A stretch of DNA of 64,000 nt from an uncultured Methylomirabilota bacterium (GCA_963845565.1 CAWJSJ010000002.1:2272001-2336000); one strand, 5' to 3'. Shown: positions 19,828 to 29,939, numbered from the stretch's first letter. The notes: generated by a model from the letters alone, not told the origin. Made by a program: numbers and translations.

Positions 19828-20907
19828 TTACAAACCGGCCGGGATGACGGCTTCGGCGATGAGGTCGCCCATGCGGCGCGTTCCGACCACCTCGGTCCCC
19901 GGCTGTCGGATGTCGACGGTGCGGTACCCCCGTTCCAGCACGCGCCCGACCGCGGCCTCGATGGCGGCGGCGGCGTCCCCGCGGTGCAGCGAGTATTCCA
20001 GGAGCATGGACCCCGACAACACGGCTGCGATGGGATTCGCCTGGTCCTGGTCGGCAATGTCCGGTGCGCTCCCGTGGACGGGCTCGTACAGGCCCACGCC
20101 GGTGCCCAGGCTGGCCGAGGGGAGGAGCCCCAGCGAGCCGGCGAGCACGGCTGCCTCGTCGCTCAGGATGTCCCCGAACGTGTTCTCGGCTACCAGGACG
20201 TCGAAGGCGGCGGGCCGCTGCAGGAGCCGCATGGCGGCGGTGTCCGCGAGCAGGTGGTCCAGCGCCACGTCGGGATAATCTGCCGCGATGCGGGTGACGA
20301 CGGTTCGCCAGAGCTCTCCGCTGGCGAGGACGTTCGCCTTGTCCACGGAAGTCAGACGCTTCCGCCGGCGTCGGGCCGCCTCGAAGGCCGCGCGCGCAAT
20401 GCGCTCGATCTCCGCCGCGGTATAGGTCAGGGTGTCCACCGCCCGCTCGCCGTCCGGCCCCACGACGATCCCCTTGGGTTCACCATAGTAGAGGCCGCCG
20501 GTCAGTTCCCGGATCACGAGGAGGTCCACGCCGTCCAGGACCTCGGGTTTCAGCGGCGACACGTTCATCAGGGCCGGGAACGGCTTGACCGGTCGGAGAT
20601 TGGCAAAAAGGTCCAGGGTCTTGCGGAGCGCCAGGATGCCTTGCTCCGGCCGCATCCGGCGGGGGAGCGCGTCCCAGCGGGGGCCACCGGCGGCCCCGAA
20701 GAGGATGGCGTCGGCCTGGCGGCACAGGCTCAGGGTGGCCTCCGGCAAGGGCGTGCCGGCGGCGTCGTACGCGCCGCCGCCGATCGGCGCCTCATGGAAG
20801 GTGAGCGACAGGCCAAACCGGTCGGCTGCCGCGCGCAGGACCTTGACCGCCGCGCGAATCACTTCGGGTCCGATCCCATCGCCGGGGAGCACCGCAATCC
20901 GCGCCAT
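19828..20907 (-). CDS. leuB: 3-isopropylmalate dehydrogenase
   Basis: 'IAVLPGDGIGPEV', 'FANLRP', 'RELTGGLYYG', 'NTFGDILSDEA', 'YEPVHGSAPDIA'. Confidence 0.95.
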   Translation of the reverse strand: MARIAVLPGDGIGPEVIRAAVKVLRAAADRFGLSLTFHEAPIGGGAYDAAGTPLPEATLSLCRQADAILFGAAGGPRWDALPRRMRPEQGILALRKTLDLFANLRPVKPFPALMNVSPLKPEVLDGVDLLVIRELTGGLYYGEPKGIVVGPDGERAVDTLTYTAAEIERIARAAFEAARRRRKRLTSVDKANVLASGELWRTVVTRIAADYPDVALDHLLADTAAMRLLQRPAAFDVLVAENTFGDILSDEAAVLAGSLGLLPSASLGTGVGLYEPVHGSAPDIADQDQANPIAAVLSGSMLLEYSLHRGDAAAAIEAAVGRVLERGYRTVDIRQPGTEVVGTRRMGDLIAEAVIPAGL

Positions 20908-21034
20908 CCGCACCTCGTCGCCTGGCGAAGTCGCCTGCCGGCCACTCGGCCCGTGTGCACCAGCCGCGCGGCCCGTCTCTTGTAGCACGCCCACGAAAAC
21001 GAGGTCAAGTGCTACCGCGCCTGGCATCCGGAGG

Positions 21035-21063
21035 TTGGGAACGCCGGTCTAGGGTGCTATACT
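21035..21063 (+). promoter_or_regulatory. Putative sigma70 promoter for engB
   Basis: TTGGGA-N17-TATACT with an extended -10 TG. Confidence 0.5.
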
Positions 21064-21130
21064 CTCTGTCAGGCGCCGCTCGCGAGGGTCAGTGCGGGGC
21101 CAGGACTCGGCGCAGCGAGAGGGTCGGACG

Positions 21131-21790
21131 ATGCGTATTCACACCGCGGAATTTCTGCAGAGCGCAGGGCGGACGGACCAGTTCCCGCGCGGGGGTCGGC
21201 CGGAGGTGGCGTTTGCGGGCCGCTCCAACGTGGGGAAATCCTCGCTCATCAACCGCCTGCTCGGGCGGCGCAGCTTGGCGCACACGAGTTCGACCCCCGG
21301 CCGGACGCGCACGCTGAACTTCTACACGATCAACGACGGCTTCCTCTTCGTCGATCTCCCCGGCTACGGCTACGCGAAGGTTTCGCGGGCCGTCCAGGAA
21401 GAGTGGTGGACCCTGGTCGAGGCGTACCTGGCCGAGCGGGCCCCGCTCCGTGGCGTCGTCCATCTCGCCGATGCCCGACACCCGCTCACCGAGCTGGATC
21501 TGGGGCTGCAGGAGTTCCTGGTCTCCGTCGGAGTGCCCCGGCTCCACGTGCTCACCAAGGCGGACAAGGTGCCGCGTGGAGAACGGGTGGCGGTGCTGGC
21601 GGCGGCGCGCGCGGCGCTTCGGGTGGGCGAGTCGGAAACCCCGCTGTTCTTTTCGGCGGTCACCGGGGAGGGCGTTCCGGAGATGTGGCGGGCCGTCGAG
21701 GCGGTGCTGGGGTCTCCGCCGCCCCGGCCGGTGGCGTCCGGTCCCGGTTCTGCCCCGCGGCGTCGGGGGGCAGAGACCGGCTCGAATTGA
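21131..21790 (+). CDS. engB: Ribosome biogenesis GTPase YihA/YsxC
   Basis: 'GRSNVGKSSLIN', 'TPGRT', 'DLPGYG', 'TKADK'. Confidence 0.95.
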   Translation: MRIHTAEFLQSAGRTDQFPRGGRPEVAFAGRSNVGKSSLINRLLGRRSLAHTSSTPGRTRTLNFYTINDGFLFVDLPGYGYAKVSRAVQEEWWTLVEAYLAERAPLRGVVHLADARHPLTELDLGLQEFLVSVGVPRLHVLTKADKVPRGERVAVLAAARAALRVGESETPLFFSAVTGEGVPEMWRAVEAVLGSPPPRPVASGPGSAPRRRGAETGSN

Positions 21791-21792
21791 GA

Positions 21793-21821
21793 TTGACGCC
21801 TCCGAGGCGTCCTGCTAAAGT
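21793..21821 (+). promoter_or_regulatory. Putative sigma70 promoter for the TPR-ispE-prs operon
   Basis: TTGACG-N17-TAAAGT with an extended TG. Confidence 0.55.
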
Positions 21822-21878
21822 CATCGCTAACGGCCGGGGCCTCCCCGGCCGTCCGCTTCTGACCACGAGGAACAGCGC

Positions 21879-23642
21879 ATGGGACGGTACAGGACAACGC
21901 GATGGATCTCGGCGGCCTCGCTCGCGGTGGCGCTCCTGCCCGGGTGCGCGGACGTGATCGCAGAGCAGCGCAGCAACCGGTCCGATCCGCGCGCGGCCGG
22001 CGCCACCGCCGTCTCCGCCCGCGGCGAGAGCCGAGGGGATCGGCGGGCCTACTACGCCTACTCCCGCAGCGTCTGGGCGGAGATCCAGGGTGACCTGGAC
22101 GCGGCGGTGATGTGGGGCCGCGAGGCGATCCGTCACGACCCGACCTCTCGCCCCCTGCGCAACCACCTGGCGTCGGTCCTCCTCAAGAAAGGCGATTTCC
22201 GGGGGGCCATCAGCGAAGGGGAGGAAATCCTCGCGCTGGCGCCCAACGACGTGCAGGCCCACCTGCTGTTGGCCGCAGCCTATCAGGGGCTCCGCAACGT
22301 CCGCGGCGCGGAAAAGCACTACCAGGAGGTCATCCGTCTGGACCCCAAGCGACCCGAGGCGTACCTCTTTCTGGGCAACCTGTACGCCGAGACCCGGAAA
22401 TATCCCGAAGCCATCGCCGCCTTCGAGGCCCTGATTCGCTCCAACCCACGGAGTCACCTGGCGTACTACAGTCTGGGGCGGGTCTACCTGGAGACCAAGG
22501 AGCCCGACAAGGCTCGCGCCGCTTTCCAGTCCGCCATCGAGCGGAACCCGGATTTCGATCCCGCCTGGATCGGCCTGGCGGGCAGCATGGAACTGCAGGG
22601 GCGGTACGACGCCGCTGCCGAGGTTTACCAGCGCGCCCTGGCGAACGATCCGGACAACCGCGAATTCCGGGAGCGGCTGGCGCAGATCCATTTGCGACGG
22701 GGCGATCTCGACGCGGCGCTGGCCGCCTACGAAGAGCTCCGACGCACGGATCCGACAAACCCGGCGCTCCTGACGCGGATCGGGCAGATCTACGCCGAAA
22801 AGAAAGAGTACGACAAGGCGCTGGAGATCTTCCGGGCGGTCCTCGCGAAGGAGCCGGGGACCGGCGAAGCGCGGCTTGCGCTGGGGCTCAGCCTGGAGGC
22901 GATGAAGCGGTACGACGAGGCGCTCGACGTCCTGGGGCGCATGTCGCCCAAGGACGCGCGCTACGTGGACGCCCTGCTGCACCGAGGCTACATCTACGGG
23001 CAACTGGAGCGCTTCGACGAGGCGACGGCGGCGTTCACCGAGGCCGCCCGGCTGCGGCCCCAGGAGGGCAACGTGCCGTACTTCCTGGGGCTGACCTATC
23101 TGCAGAAGAAGGCATATCCCCAGGCCGCCGAGCAGCTGGAAAAGGCGGTGGCCCTGGATCCGACCAACGTCCAGTTTCAGTACCAGCTGGGGGCCGCCCT
23201 CGAGCGGTCGCGGCAACTGGAGCGTGCCGAAGGCGTGTTCCGGAAGGTGCTGGCGCTGGACCCGAACCACGCCGACGCCTACAACTACCTCGGCTACATG
23301 TTCGCGGACGAGGGGATCAAGCTGGACGAGGCGGTGGTGCTGATCCGTAAAGCCTTGGCGTTCGAGCCGGAGAACGGCGCATTCCTCGATAGCCTGGGCT
23401 GGGCCTACTTCAAGCTGGGTCGGATGGACGAGGCACTCGCCGAGTTGCTCCGCGCCGTCAAATACTCCCGCCGAGCGGATGCCACCATCCACGAGCATTT
23501 GGGGGACGTCTATTTCCGCAAAGGCTTGCTCCAGGACGCCGCGCGGGAGTGGGACCGCGCGCTGACGCTCGACGAGACCAACGCGATCCTTCGCCAGAAA
23601 CTCGACGATCTCCGCAAGCGCATCTCCCGCGACGGCCAATGA
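21879..23642 (+). CDS. TPR-repeat lipoprotein
   Basis: Lipobox-like 'LLPGC', many TPR units, C-terminal 'NYLGYM...DSLGWAYF..HLGDVY'. Confidence 0.9.
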   Translation: MGRYRTTRWISAASLAVALLPGCADVIAEQRSNRSDPRAAGATAVSARGESRGDRRAYYAYSRSVWAEIQGDLDAAVMWGREAIRHDPTSRPLRNHLASVLLKKGDFRGAISEGEEILALAPNDVQAHLLLAAAYQGLRNVRGAEKHYQEVIRLDPKRPEAYLFLGNLYAETRKYPEAIAAFEALIRSNPRSHLAYYSLGRVYLETKEPDKARAAFQSAIERNPDFDPAWIGLAGSMELQGRYDAAAEVYQRALANDPDNREFRERLAQIHLRRGDLDAALAAYEELRRTDPTNPALLTRIGQIYAEKKEYDKALEIFRAVLAKEPGTGEARLALGLSLEAMKRYDEALDVLGRMSPKDARYVDALLHRGYIYGQLERFDEATAAFTEAARLRPQEGNVPYFLGLTYLQKKAYPQAAEQLEKAVALDPTNVQFQYQLGAALERSRQLERAEGVFRKVLALDPNHADAYNYLGYMFADEGIKLDEAVVLIRKALAFEPENGAFLDSLGWAYFKLGRMDEALAELLRAVKYSRRADATIHEHLGDVYFRKGLLQDAAREWDRALTLDETNAILRQKLDDLRKRISRDGQ

Positions 23643-24460
23643 GGTTTCCGGTCCGCCCCTTGGTGGCGGCGGGGTTGCTCCTCACCGCCGCCTGCGCCGT
23701 GCTCCCCGCGCCGCGCCTCGGCACGCCGCCGGAACTCGAGACGGTGCGAGACCTACTTCTGCACGACGAGGCGACGGCGCAGACGGTGCGGGGTCTCGCG
23801 CGGGTGGGGTTCGACGGCCCGCGGGGGAGCGGGTCGGCTACTCAGGCGGTCGTCGTCGCCTTGCCGGACCGCGCGCGCGTCGAGGTCCTCACGCCTCTGG
23901 GGACCACGGCCCTGGTGGCCACGCTCCGGGCGGAGGAACTACGGGTGCATTCCCCGATCCGCCACGAGTACAGCGTCGGCCGGGCGACGCGGGAGACGCT
24001 GGCGCGGCTGGTCATGGTGCCCGTGCCGCCCGCCTTCCTGCTGCGGCTGCTCGCCGGGCTCCCGCCGCTCGCGGTCCGAGCGCAGGACCCGAGGCTGACA
24101 TTGGTCGCCGAGGGGCCGGTCGTGCGCGTGGAAACGGTGGACGGAGAGTACTGGCAGCGGCTCTGGACGGGGACGGAGGATCCGGGGGTGGCGCGCGGAG
24201 AGGTGGGGCGAGCCGCCGAGCTCCTGCTCACGTTTTCCTTCGCGGACCGACGCCTCGTGCAGGGACGGGCGTTCCCCTTCGAGCAACAGGTGGGGGATCC
24301 GGCCACGGGAAGCCGGCTCCGGGTGCAATTCGAACAGGTGGCATTGAACGGGCCGGCGGAGGCCGCTCTCTTCGACCTGCCCCTGCCCGCGGATCCGCAA
24401 ACCCGGATCATCGAATTCGGCGGCGCCGAGCCGGGCCGCCCGGGGGGTGTCGCCCCGTGA
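23639..24460 (+). CDS. LolB-like/DUF4292-like lipoprotein
   Basis: ATGA coupling, lipobox 'LTAAC', beta-rich sequence, sits in the lolB position before ispE. Confidence 0.6.
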   Translation: MRFPVRPLVAAGLLLTAACAVLPAPRLGTPPELETVRDLLLHDEATAQTVRGLARVGFDGPRGSGSATQAVVVALPDRARVEVLTPLGTTALVATLRAEELRVHSPIRHEYSVGRATRETLARLVMVPVPPAFLLRLLAGLPPLAVRAQDPRLTLVAEGPVVRVETVDGEYWQRLWTGTEDPGVARGEVGRAAELLLTFSFADRRLVQGRAFPFEQQVGDPATGSRLRVQFEQVALNGPAEAALFDLPLPADPQTRIIEFGGAEPGRPGGVAP

Positions 24461-25335
24461 ACGAGGTTGTCATCCCGTCGCCGGCCAAGATCAATCTATT
24501 CCTCGAGATCGTGAGCCGGCGTCCCGACGGCTACCACGAGATCGAGTCGATCATGCAACTGGTGGATCTCTGCGATGAGGTGCGCCTGCGCCGGCAGCGA
24601 CGCGGTATCCGTGTCCAGGTGAGCGGTGCCGAGCTACCCGAGGGGCGGGGCAACCTGGCCTACCGCGCCGCGGCGCTCTTCTTCGAGGCGGCCGAGGTCT
24701 CGGACGGGGTCGAGATTCACTTGACCAAGCGTATTCCGGTGGCGGGGGGGCTCGGCGGCGGATCGAGCAATGCCGCCGCGGTCCTCCTTGGGCTTGACCG
24801 TCTCTACGCGTTGGGGTGGTCCCGGGAGACCCTGCAGGAACTGGGGAGCCGACTGGGGAGCGATGTCCCGTTCTTCCTGAGCGATGGGCTGGCCATCGCC
24901 CGAGGGCGGGGGGAGCGGCTGACTCCGCTGCCGGCCTGGCCGCCTCGCTGGGTCGTTCTGGCGAACCCGGGGATTCCGATTTCGACTGCCTGGGCATACC
25001 GGGAGGCCAGTTCGAAATTGACAGAGTGGCAGGCTCGGGTTACACTGCCGACTTTGACCGCGGAGGGTCCGCCGGGGTGGCCCCCGGTCTGGGCGTTCAA
25101 TCGCCTGGAAGAGGTGGTGCTGCCGCACCGGCCGGAACTCCTGGCCCTGAAGGCGCTTCTGCAGGACGGCGGCGGCATGCCGGTGCTCATGTCCGGCAGC
25201 GGCGCTTCCGTGTTTGCGGTGGTACCGGATGCCGACGCCGCCGAGGCTTTGGCGGCCCGGGTCCGAGACAGCGGAGCCTTCGCCGTGGCCGCGCAGACGC
25301 TGCCCAGCAACCCGATGTTCGACGTCCTCGGCTGA
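24457..25335 (+). CDS. ispE: 4-diphosphocytidyl-2-C-methyl-D-erythritol kinase
   Basis: 'PAKINLFL', 'KRIPVAGGLGGGSSNAA', 'GSDVPFF', 'MSGSGASVF'. Confidence 0.96.
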   Translation: MNEVVIPSPAKINLFLEIVSRRPDGYHEIESIMQLVDLCDEVRLRRQRRGIRVQVSGAELPEGRGNLAYRAAALFFEAAEVSDGVEIHLTKRIPVAGGLGGGSSNAAAVLLGLDRLYALGWSRETLQELGSRLGSDVPFFLSDGLAIARGRGERLTPLPAWPPRWVVLANPGIPISTAWAYREASSKLTEWQARVTLPTLTAEGPPGWPPVWAFNRLEEVVLPHRPELLALKALLQDGGGMPVLMSGSGASVFAVVPDADAAEALAARVRDSGAFAVAAQTLPSNPMFDVLG

Positions 25336-25386
25336 GGCCGCCGGGCAGGCGGAGCGGACAGCGCAGGATCGAGGAAGGGGATACGC

Positions 25387-26340
25387 ATGGCCGGGGAACT
25401 GGTACTCACGTCGGGGCGGGCAAATCCCCGACTGTCGCAGGAGATCGCAGAGTCCCTCGGCATGCGTCTGGCCGAGACGGACGTGATGGAGTTCTCGGAC
25501 GGTGAGGTGTTCGTCCAGGTGAACGAAAACGTCCGGGGTGCGGACGTCTTCGTGATCCAGCCGACCTGTCATCCGGTCAACCGGAACATCATGGAACTCC
25601 TGATCATGATCGATGCGCTGAAGCGCGCCTCGGCGTTTCGGATCACCGCCGTCATTCCCTATTATGGCTACGGACGCCAGGACCGGAAGGTGCAGCCGCG
25701 GGTGCCCATCACCGCCAAGCTGGTGGCGGACCTGATCACCGCCGCGGGCGCTCATCGGGTGCTCACCATGGACCTGCACGCCGGGCAGATCCAGGGCTTC
25801 TTCAACATTCCGGTGGACCACTTGTTCGCCGCCCCGGTGCTGCTGCAGTATTTCCAGGAGCGGCTCGGGCAGGGGACCTGGAAAGATCTGGTGGTGGTGT
25901 CGCCGGACGCCGGCGGGGTCGAGCGCGCGCGGGCCTTTGCCAAGCGGTTGGGGACCTCACTGGCCATCATGGACAAGCGGCGAACCGGGCCCAACGAGGC
26001 CAAGATCATGCACGTGATCGGCGACGTCGAGGGCCGGGACGTGATCCTCTTGGATGACATGATCGATACCGCCGGGAGCATCACGCAAGCCGTCGAGGCG
26101 CTCAAGCAGGAGGGGGCACGCCGGATCGTGGCGAGCTGCACCCACGCCGTCCTCTCCGGGCAGGCGATCGAGCGCTTGGAACGCTCGGAGATCGAAGAGG
26201 TGGTGCTCACGAACACGATCCCCTTACGGGAGGATCTGGCGTGCACCAAGAAAGTCACCGTGCTCTCGGTGGCACCCCTCTTGGGGGAAGCGATTCGCCG
26301 GATTCATACCGAGACCTCGGTCAGCTCGCTGTTTGTCTGA
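25387..26340 (+). CDS. prs: Ribose-phosphate pyrophosphokinase
   Basis: 'FSDGE', 'YGRQDRK', '[11 protein letters not shown]', 'DDMIDTAGS'. Confidence 0.97.
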   Translation: MAGELVLTSGRANPRLSQEIAESLGMRLAETDVMEFSDGEVFVQVNENVRGADVFVIQPTCHPVNRNIMELLIMIDALKRASAFRITAVIPYYGYGRQDRKVQPRVPITAKLVADLITAAGAHRVLTMDLHAGQIQGFFNIPVDHLFAAPVLLQYFQERLGQGTWKDLVVVSPDAGGVERARAFAKRLGTSLAIMDKRRTGPNEAKIMHVIGDVEGRDVILLDDMIDTAGSITQAVEALKQEGARRIVASCTHAVLSGQAIERLERSEIEEVVLTNTIPLREDLACTKKVTVLSVAPLLGEAIRRIHTETSVSSLFV

Positions 26341-26402
26341 TGGGCAGACGAGCGGCCGGGGAGAGCACACGTCACGTTGGTTGATGGGAGCTGGAGGAGC
26401 GC

Positions 26403-27098
26403 ATGGCAACGGTTGAGCTGAGAGGGGAAGTTCGGAGCGCGACAGGGAAGCAGGTGGCCAAGCAGCTGCGCCGGGCGCAGCGGATCCCCGCGGTCGTCTA
26501 TGGCGGCCAACGCGGTCCGGTGTCCGTCACCGTGAATCCGCTGGAGCTGCTGGCGGTGCTGGAGGCCGGGGCGAACGTTCTGATCAATCTGTCCATCACG
26601 GGCGGCGAAACACCGCAGACCTCCCTGGTGATCCTGAAGGATCTCCAGCGGGATCCGGTGAAGTGGCGTCCGCTGCACGCCGACTTCCAGGAAATCTCCA
26701 TGGAGCGCAAGATCCGCGTGGAGGTATCCGTGGTCGTGAGCGGCGAGCCGATTGGGGTGAAGGACAAGGGCGGCATCCTGGAGCAGTCGCTCCGCCAGTT
26801 GCTGGTGGAATGTCTGCCGGGCAGCATCCCCGATCGGATCGTGGTGGACGTGACCGGTCTCGACATCGGCGACGTGCTGCACGTGCGAGACGTCGGGGTG
26901 GCGGAGGGTGTCCGCATCCTGGACGACGCCGGACGGGTGGTGGCGTCGGTCATCGCCCCGGCGGCCGAGGAAGTGGCGGCGCCCACGGAAGAGGCGCCGA
27001 CCGAGCCGGAGGTGGTGGGCAAGAAGGAGAAGGAAGAGGGTGAAGCCGCCGCACCGGAAACCAAGAGCAAGGCGGGCGCGGAGGCCAAGACGAAGTAA
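26403..27098 (+). CDS. rplY: 50S ribosomal protein L25/general stress protein Ctc
   Basis: 'IPAVVYG', 'HADF', Ctc-type C-terminal extension. Confidence 0.95.
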   Translation: MATVELRGEVRSATGKQVAKQLRRAQRIPAVVYGGQRGPVSVTVNPLELLAVLEAGANVLINLSITGGETPQTSLVILKDLQRDPVKWRPLHADFQEISMERKIRVEVSVVVSGEPIGVKDKGGILEQSLRQLLVECLPGSIPDRIVVDVTGLDIGDVLHVRDVGVAEGVRILDDAGRVVASVIAPAAEEVAAPTEEAPTEPEVVGKKEKEEGEAAAPETKSKAGAEAKTK

Positions 27099-27143
27099 GC
27101 CGTTGTAAAAAATAACTTGACCGGAGAAATTTCGGGACCGGCA

Positions 27144-27200
27144 TAAGGAGCCGTAACGAAATTGCAAAAAATGGACAGGTTATTTCGTAACGGCTCCTAA
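27144..27200. mobile_element. Putative 51-bp MITE or IS remnant with 16-bp terminal inverted repeats and TAA target-site duplication
   Basis: TAA-GGAGCCGTAACGAAAT-N19-ATTTCGTAACGGCTCC-TAA; AT-rich core. Confidence 0.5.
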
Positions 27201-27833
27201 GTGGCGGCCATGGGGGCGGCGCGCTGGCTGGTGGCGGGGCTGGGAAACCCCGGTGCCGATTATTCCGGCACCCGGCACAACGTGGGTTTTGCCGCGGTGG
27301 AGCGGTTGGCGGCGGACGGTTCGACGCGATTCTCCGACGGGGGAGGCGACGCGCACGCGGCGCTGATCCGGGTGGCGGGGACGCCGGTCGTACTGCTCAA
27401 GCCGCAGACGTTCATGAACCGAAGCGGCGCCGCGGTGGCGGCGTGGCTTGTGCGGCTGGCGTTGCCGGCGGCGGGGCTGGTGGTCGTGCACGACGACCTT
27501 GACCTTCCGCTGGGCCGACTGCGCGTCGTGGCAGCGGGCGGAGCGGGCGGGCATCGCGGGGTGCGCTCTATCCAGGAAACCCTGGGCACGACCGAGTTTC
27601 CGCGGGTTCGGGTCGGGATCGGCCGGCCCGAGGCGGGGCAGGCGGCCGCTGATCGCGTACTGACGGACTTTACACCGGAGGAGCGTCCGGTGGCGACGGC
27701 CGCGGTGGCCCGGGCGGCCGAGGCGGTGCGCTGCCTGATCCTGGACGGGCTGGCGCCCGCCATGAATCGATACAATGTGCGCCCGGAACCCGGCTCGGGT
27801 CCGCTGGCGATGACGGGACCGCAACCGGAATAG
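27201..27833 (+). CDS. pth: Peptidyl-tRNA hydrolase (start may be ATG 27210)
   Basis: 'AGLGNPG..Y..TRHNVGF', 'KPQTFMN', 'VHDDLD', 'GGHRG'. Confidence 0.95.
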   Translation: MAAMGAARWLVAGLGNPGADYSGTRHNVGFAAVERLAADGSTRFSDGGGDAHAALIRVAGTPVVLLKPQTFMNRSGAAVAAWLVRLALPAAGLVVVHDDLDLPLGRLRVVAAGGAGGHRGVRSIQETLGTTEFPRVRVGIGRPEAGQAAADRVLTDFTPEERPVATAAVARAAEAVRCLILDGLAPAMNRYNVRPEPGSGPLAMTGPQPE

Positions 27834-27862
27834 ATTCCAGACGACCAAGGGAGGTGAGAAGC

Positions 27863-28213
27863 GTGCGAGCGTACGAAATGATCTTTATCCTGGACCCGGC
27901 GCTGGGTGACGACGGCGTGGAGGCGGCCGCCGTGGCGGCCAAGGCCGTGCTGGTCAAGGCCGGCGGCGAGGTCACGGAAGTCCAGAAATGGGGCAAGAAG
28001 CGTTTGGCCTACGACATCAAGAAGCGGCGCGAGGGGCACTACGTCTATTTCCGCGCGCAAGCGCCGGCCAAAGCCGTGGCGGAACTGGAGCGCCACCTGC
28101 AGATCGCGGAGCCGGTGCTCAAGTACCTCACGGTGCTGGTGCAGACGCCGCGGCGCAAGGCGGTGAAGGCCAGCGCGCCCGCAGCCGTCGAGGCGACTCC
28201 TCAGGAGGCCTGA
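27863..28213 (+). CDS. rpsF: 30S ribosomal protein S6
   Basis: 'RAYEMIFILDP', 'WGKKRLAYDI'; GGAGG RBS. Confidence 0.95.
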   Translation: MRAYEMIFILDPALGDDGVEAAAVAAKAVLVKAGGEVTEVQKWGKKRLAYDIKKRREGHYVYFRAQAPAKAVAELERHLQIAEPVLKYLTVLVQTPRRKAVKASAPAAVEATPQEA

Positions 28214-28215
28214 CC

Positions 28216-28626
28216 ATGGCCAGCTTCAACAAAGTGATTCTGATGGGGAACCTGACGCGGGACCCCGAGCTGCGGTATACCCCGAGCGGGGCACCGGTGT
28301 GCAACTTCGATCTGGCGATGAACCGGTCCTATACCACCCAGGGCGGGGAAAAGCGGGACGAAGTCTGCTACATGACCGTGGTGGTGTGGGGAAAGCAGGC
28401 CGAGAACTGCGCCGAGTACCTGGCAAAGGGCCGGACGGCATTGGTGGAGGGCCACCTGCAGCAACGGTCGTGGGAGACCCCGGAGGGCCAGAAGCGTTCC
28501 AAGCACGAGGTGGTCGCAGAGCGTGTGCAATTCCTCGGGCCCCGCAAGGGGGCGGCCGGGCCTGCCGGCGGCGAGGACGATTCGGAGCCGCCGCGCGGCC
28601 CCGAGCACGAGGAGGTCCCGTTTTGA
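28216..28626 (+). CDS. ssb: Single-stranded DNA-binding protein
   Basis: 'NKVILMGNLTRDPELRYT'; acidic C-terminus 'EEVPF'. Confidence 0.96.
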   Translation: MASFNKVILMGNLTRDPELRYTPSGAPVCNFDLAMNRSYTTQGGEKRDEVCYMTVVVWGKQAENCAEYLAKGRTALVEGHLQQRSWETPEGQKRSKHEVVAERVQFLGPRKGAAGPAGGEDDSEPPRGPEHEEVPF

Positions 28627-28711
28627 GGTGGAGCGTGACCGTCCCGCGCGACCCTGGCGGGACGGATAGGCGTCGGAGAGCCCCGGAGGCGGGGCGGAAG
28701 GAGAGCGAGGC

Positions 28712-28948
28712 GTGCTGAAGAAACGGCGAACCTATCGTCGCCAAAAGGTGTGCAAGTTCTGTCTGGACAAAGTCCTCTTGGTGGATTTCAAGGACGTGAA
28801 GCGACTGCGCGGCTTCGTGAGCGACCGGGGCAAGATCATCCCCCGGCGGATCTCCGGGAACTGCGCCTATCACCAGCGGCAATTGACGGCCGCGATCAAG
28901 CGGGCCCGCAGCATCGCCCTGCTGGCGTTTGCTGCGGAGGCCTCGTAA
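28712..28948 (+). CDS. rpsR: 30S ribosomal protein S18
   Basis: 'CKFC', '[10 protein letters not shown]', '[12 protein letters not shown]'. Confidence 0.96.
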   Translation: MLKKRRTYRRQKVCKFCLDKVLLVDFKDVKRLRGFVSDRGKIIPRRISGNCAYHQRQLTAAIKRARSIALLAFAAEAS

Positions 28949-28970
28949 GTCACCCGGAAGGACGGACGCC

Positions 28971-29939
28971 GTGAAGGCTCGGGTGCGGGGCAGGCGGTTC
29001 CTGGCCGCCACGGTGGAAGCCGTGTTGGCCAGTGTTCTGGCGGTCGGCCTGTTCGCGTCGGGCAGTTTCTTTCCGTTCCTGGGGATCGTGCTGAGCCTGT
29101 TCTGCCCGCTCCCCTTCGTGGCGGTTGGGCTGCGTCATGGCCGGACGATGCTGGCTGTGGCCTTGGCCCTGGCGACGCTGATCCTGATCGTGCCGCTCTC
29201 GCTCCAGCAGGGGATGATCTTCCTGCTGGAGTTCGGTGCGCCCGCACTGGTCCTGTACGAAGGGCTGCGGCGCGGCACCCGGTCGGACGTATTGGTGGTC
29301 GGTACGGCCGTGGTGCTGCTGGTGGGGGGCGTGGCGGTGTTGTCGCTGGCCACCGGCCGGTGGGACGAACCGGTTCGCGCCATCGAACAGCATCTCGACG
29401 GCCTCTTGGGCGGCATGGAAACTCTCACCGCTCAGCTTGGCCTCTCCGATAGTCCGGGGGCGGCGGACGCGCCCGCGCAGCGGTTACGGGCGGCGCTGTT
29501 GGCGGCGTTTCCCGGCCTCCTGTTCGTCGGCAGCCTGCTCACGGCGGCGGGGTACGCGGTCACTCTGCAGGCCATGATCCGCCGTTGGCCGGCACAGTTT
29601 GGCGGGGTGCAGCCGGCTGCGTTCCGCTGGGAACTGCCGGAACTCTTAGTCTGGCCGTTCATCGCGTCGGGGGTCTGTTTTCTGATCGGGATACCGTCGC
29701 TCCGGGTGGTGGGGCTGAACGGACTGATCGTGCTTCTCGGACTCTATTTTTTGCAGGGCCTCAGTATCGCGGCCTTTCTGTTCCGGCGGTTTCAGTTGCC
29801 CAGGTTCCTGGCGACCTTGTCGGTGATCCTGCTGGTCTTCCAGCCGTTCTTCACGTTGCTGGTGGCCGGGTTGGGACTCTTCGATGTCTGGTTTGCATTT
29901 CGGCGCCTCAGTTTGAACCGCCCACCCGGGCAAACCTAG
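28971..29939 (+). CDS. YybS/DUF2232 membrane protein
   Basis: Multi-TM, 'YFLQGLSI', 'GLFDVWFAFRR'; lies between rpsR and rplI. Confidence 0.85.
   Translation: MKARVRGRRFLAATVEAVLASVLAVGLFASGSFFPFLGIVLSLFCPLPFVAVGLRHGRTMLAVALALATLILIVPLSLQQGMIFLLEFGAPALVLYEGLRRGTRSDVLVVGTAVVLLVGGVAVLSLATGRWDEPVRAIEQHLDGLLGGMETLTAQLGLSDSPGAADAPAQRLRAALLAAFPGLLFVGSLLTAAGYAVTLQAMIRRWPAQFGGVQPAAFRWELPELLVWPFIASGVCFLIGIPSLRVVGLNGLIVLLGLYFLQGLSIAAFLFRRFQLPRFLATLSVILLVFQPFFTLLVAGLGLFDVWFAFRRLSLNRPPGQT

Noticed and set aside
20982..21015. GTAGCAC...GTGCTAC dyad as a CIRCE element
   Set aside because: Spacing and sequence do not match TTAGCACTC-N9-GAGTGCTAA; it overlaps probable divergent promoter elements.
25336..25386. 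tRNA-Gln often found between ispE and prs
   Set aside because: The gap is only 51 nt with no cloverleaf.
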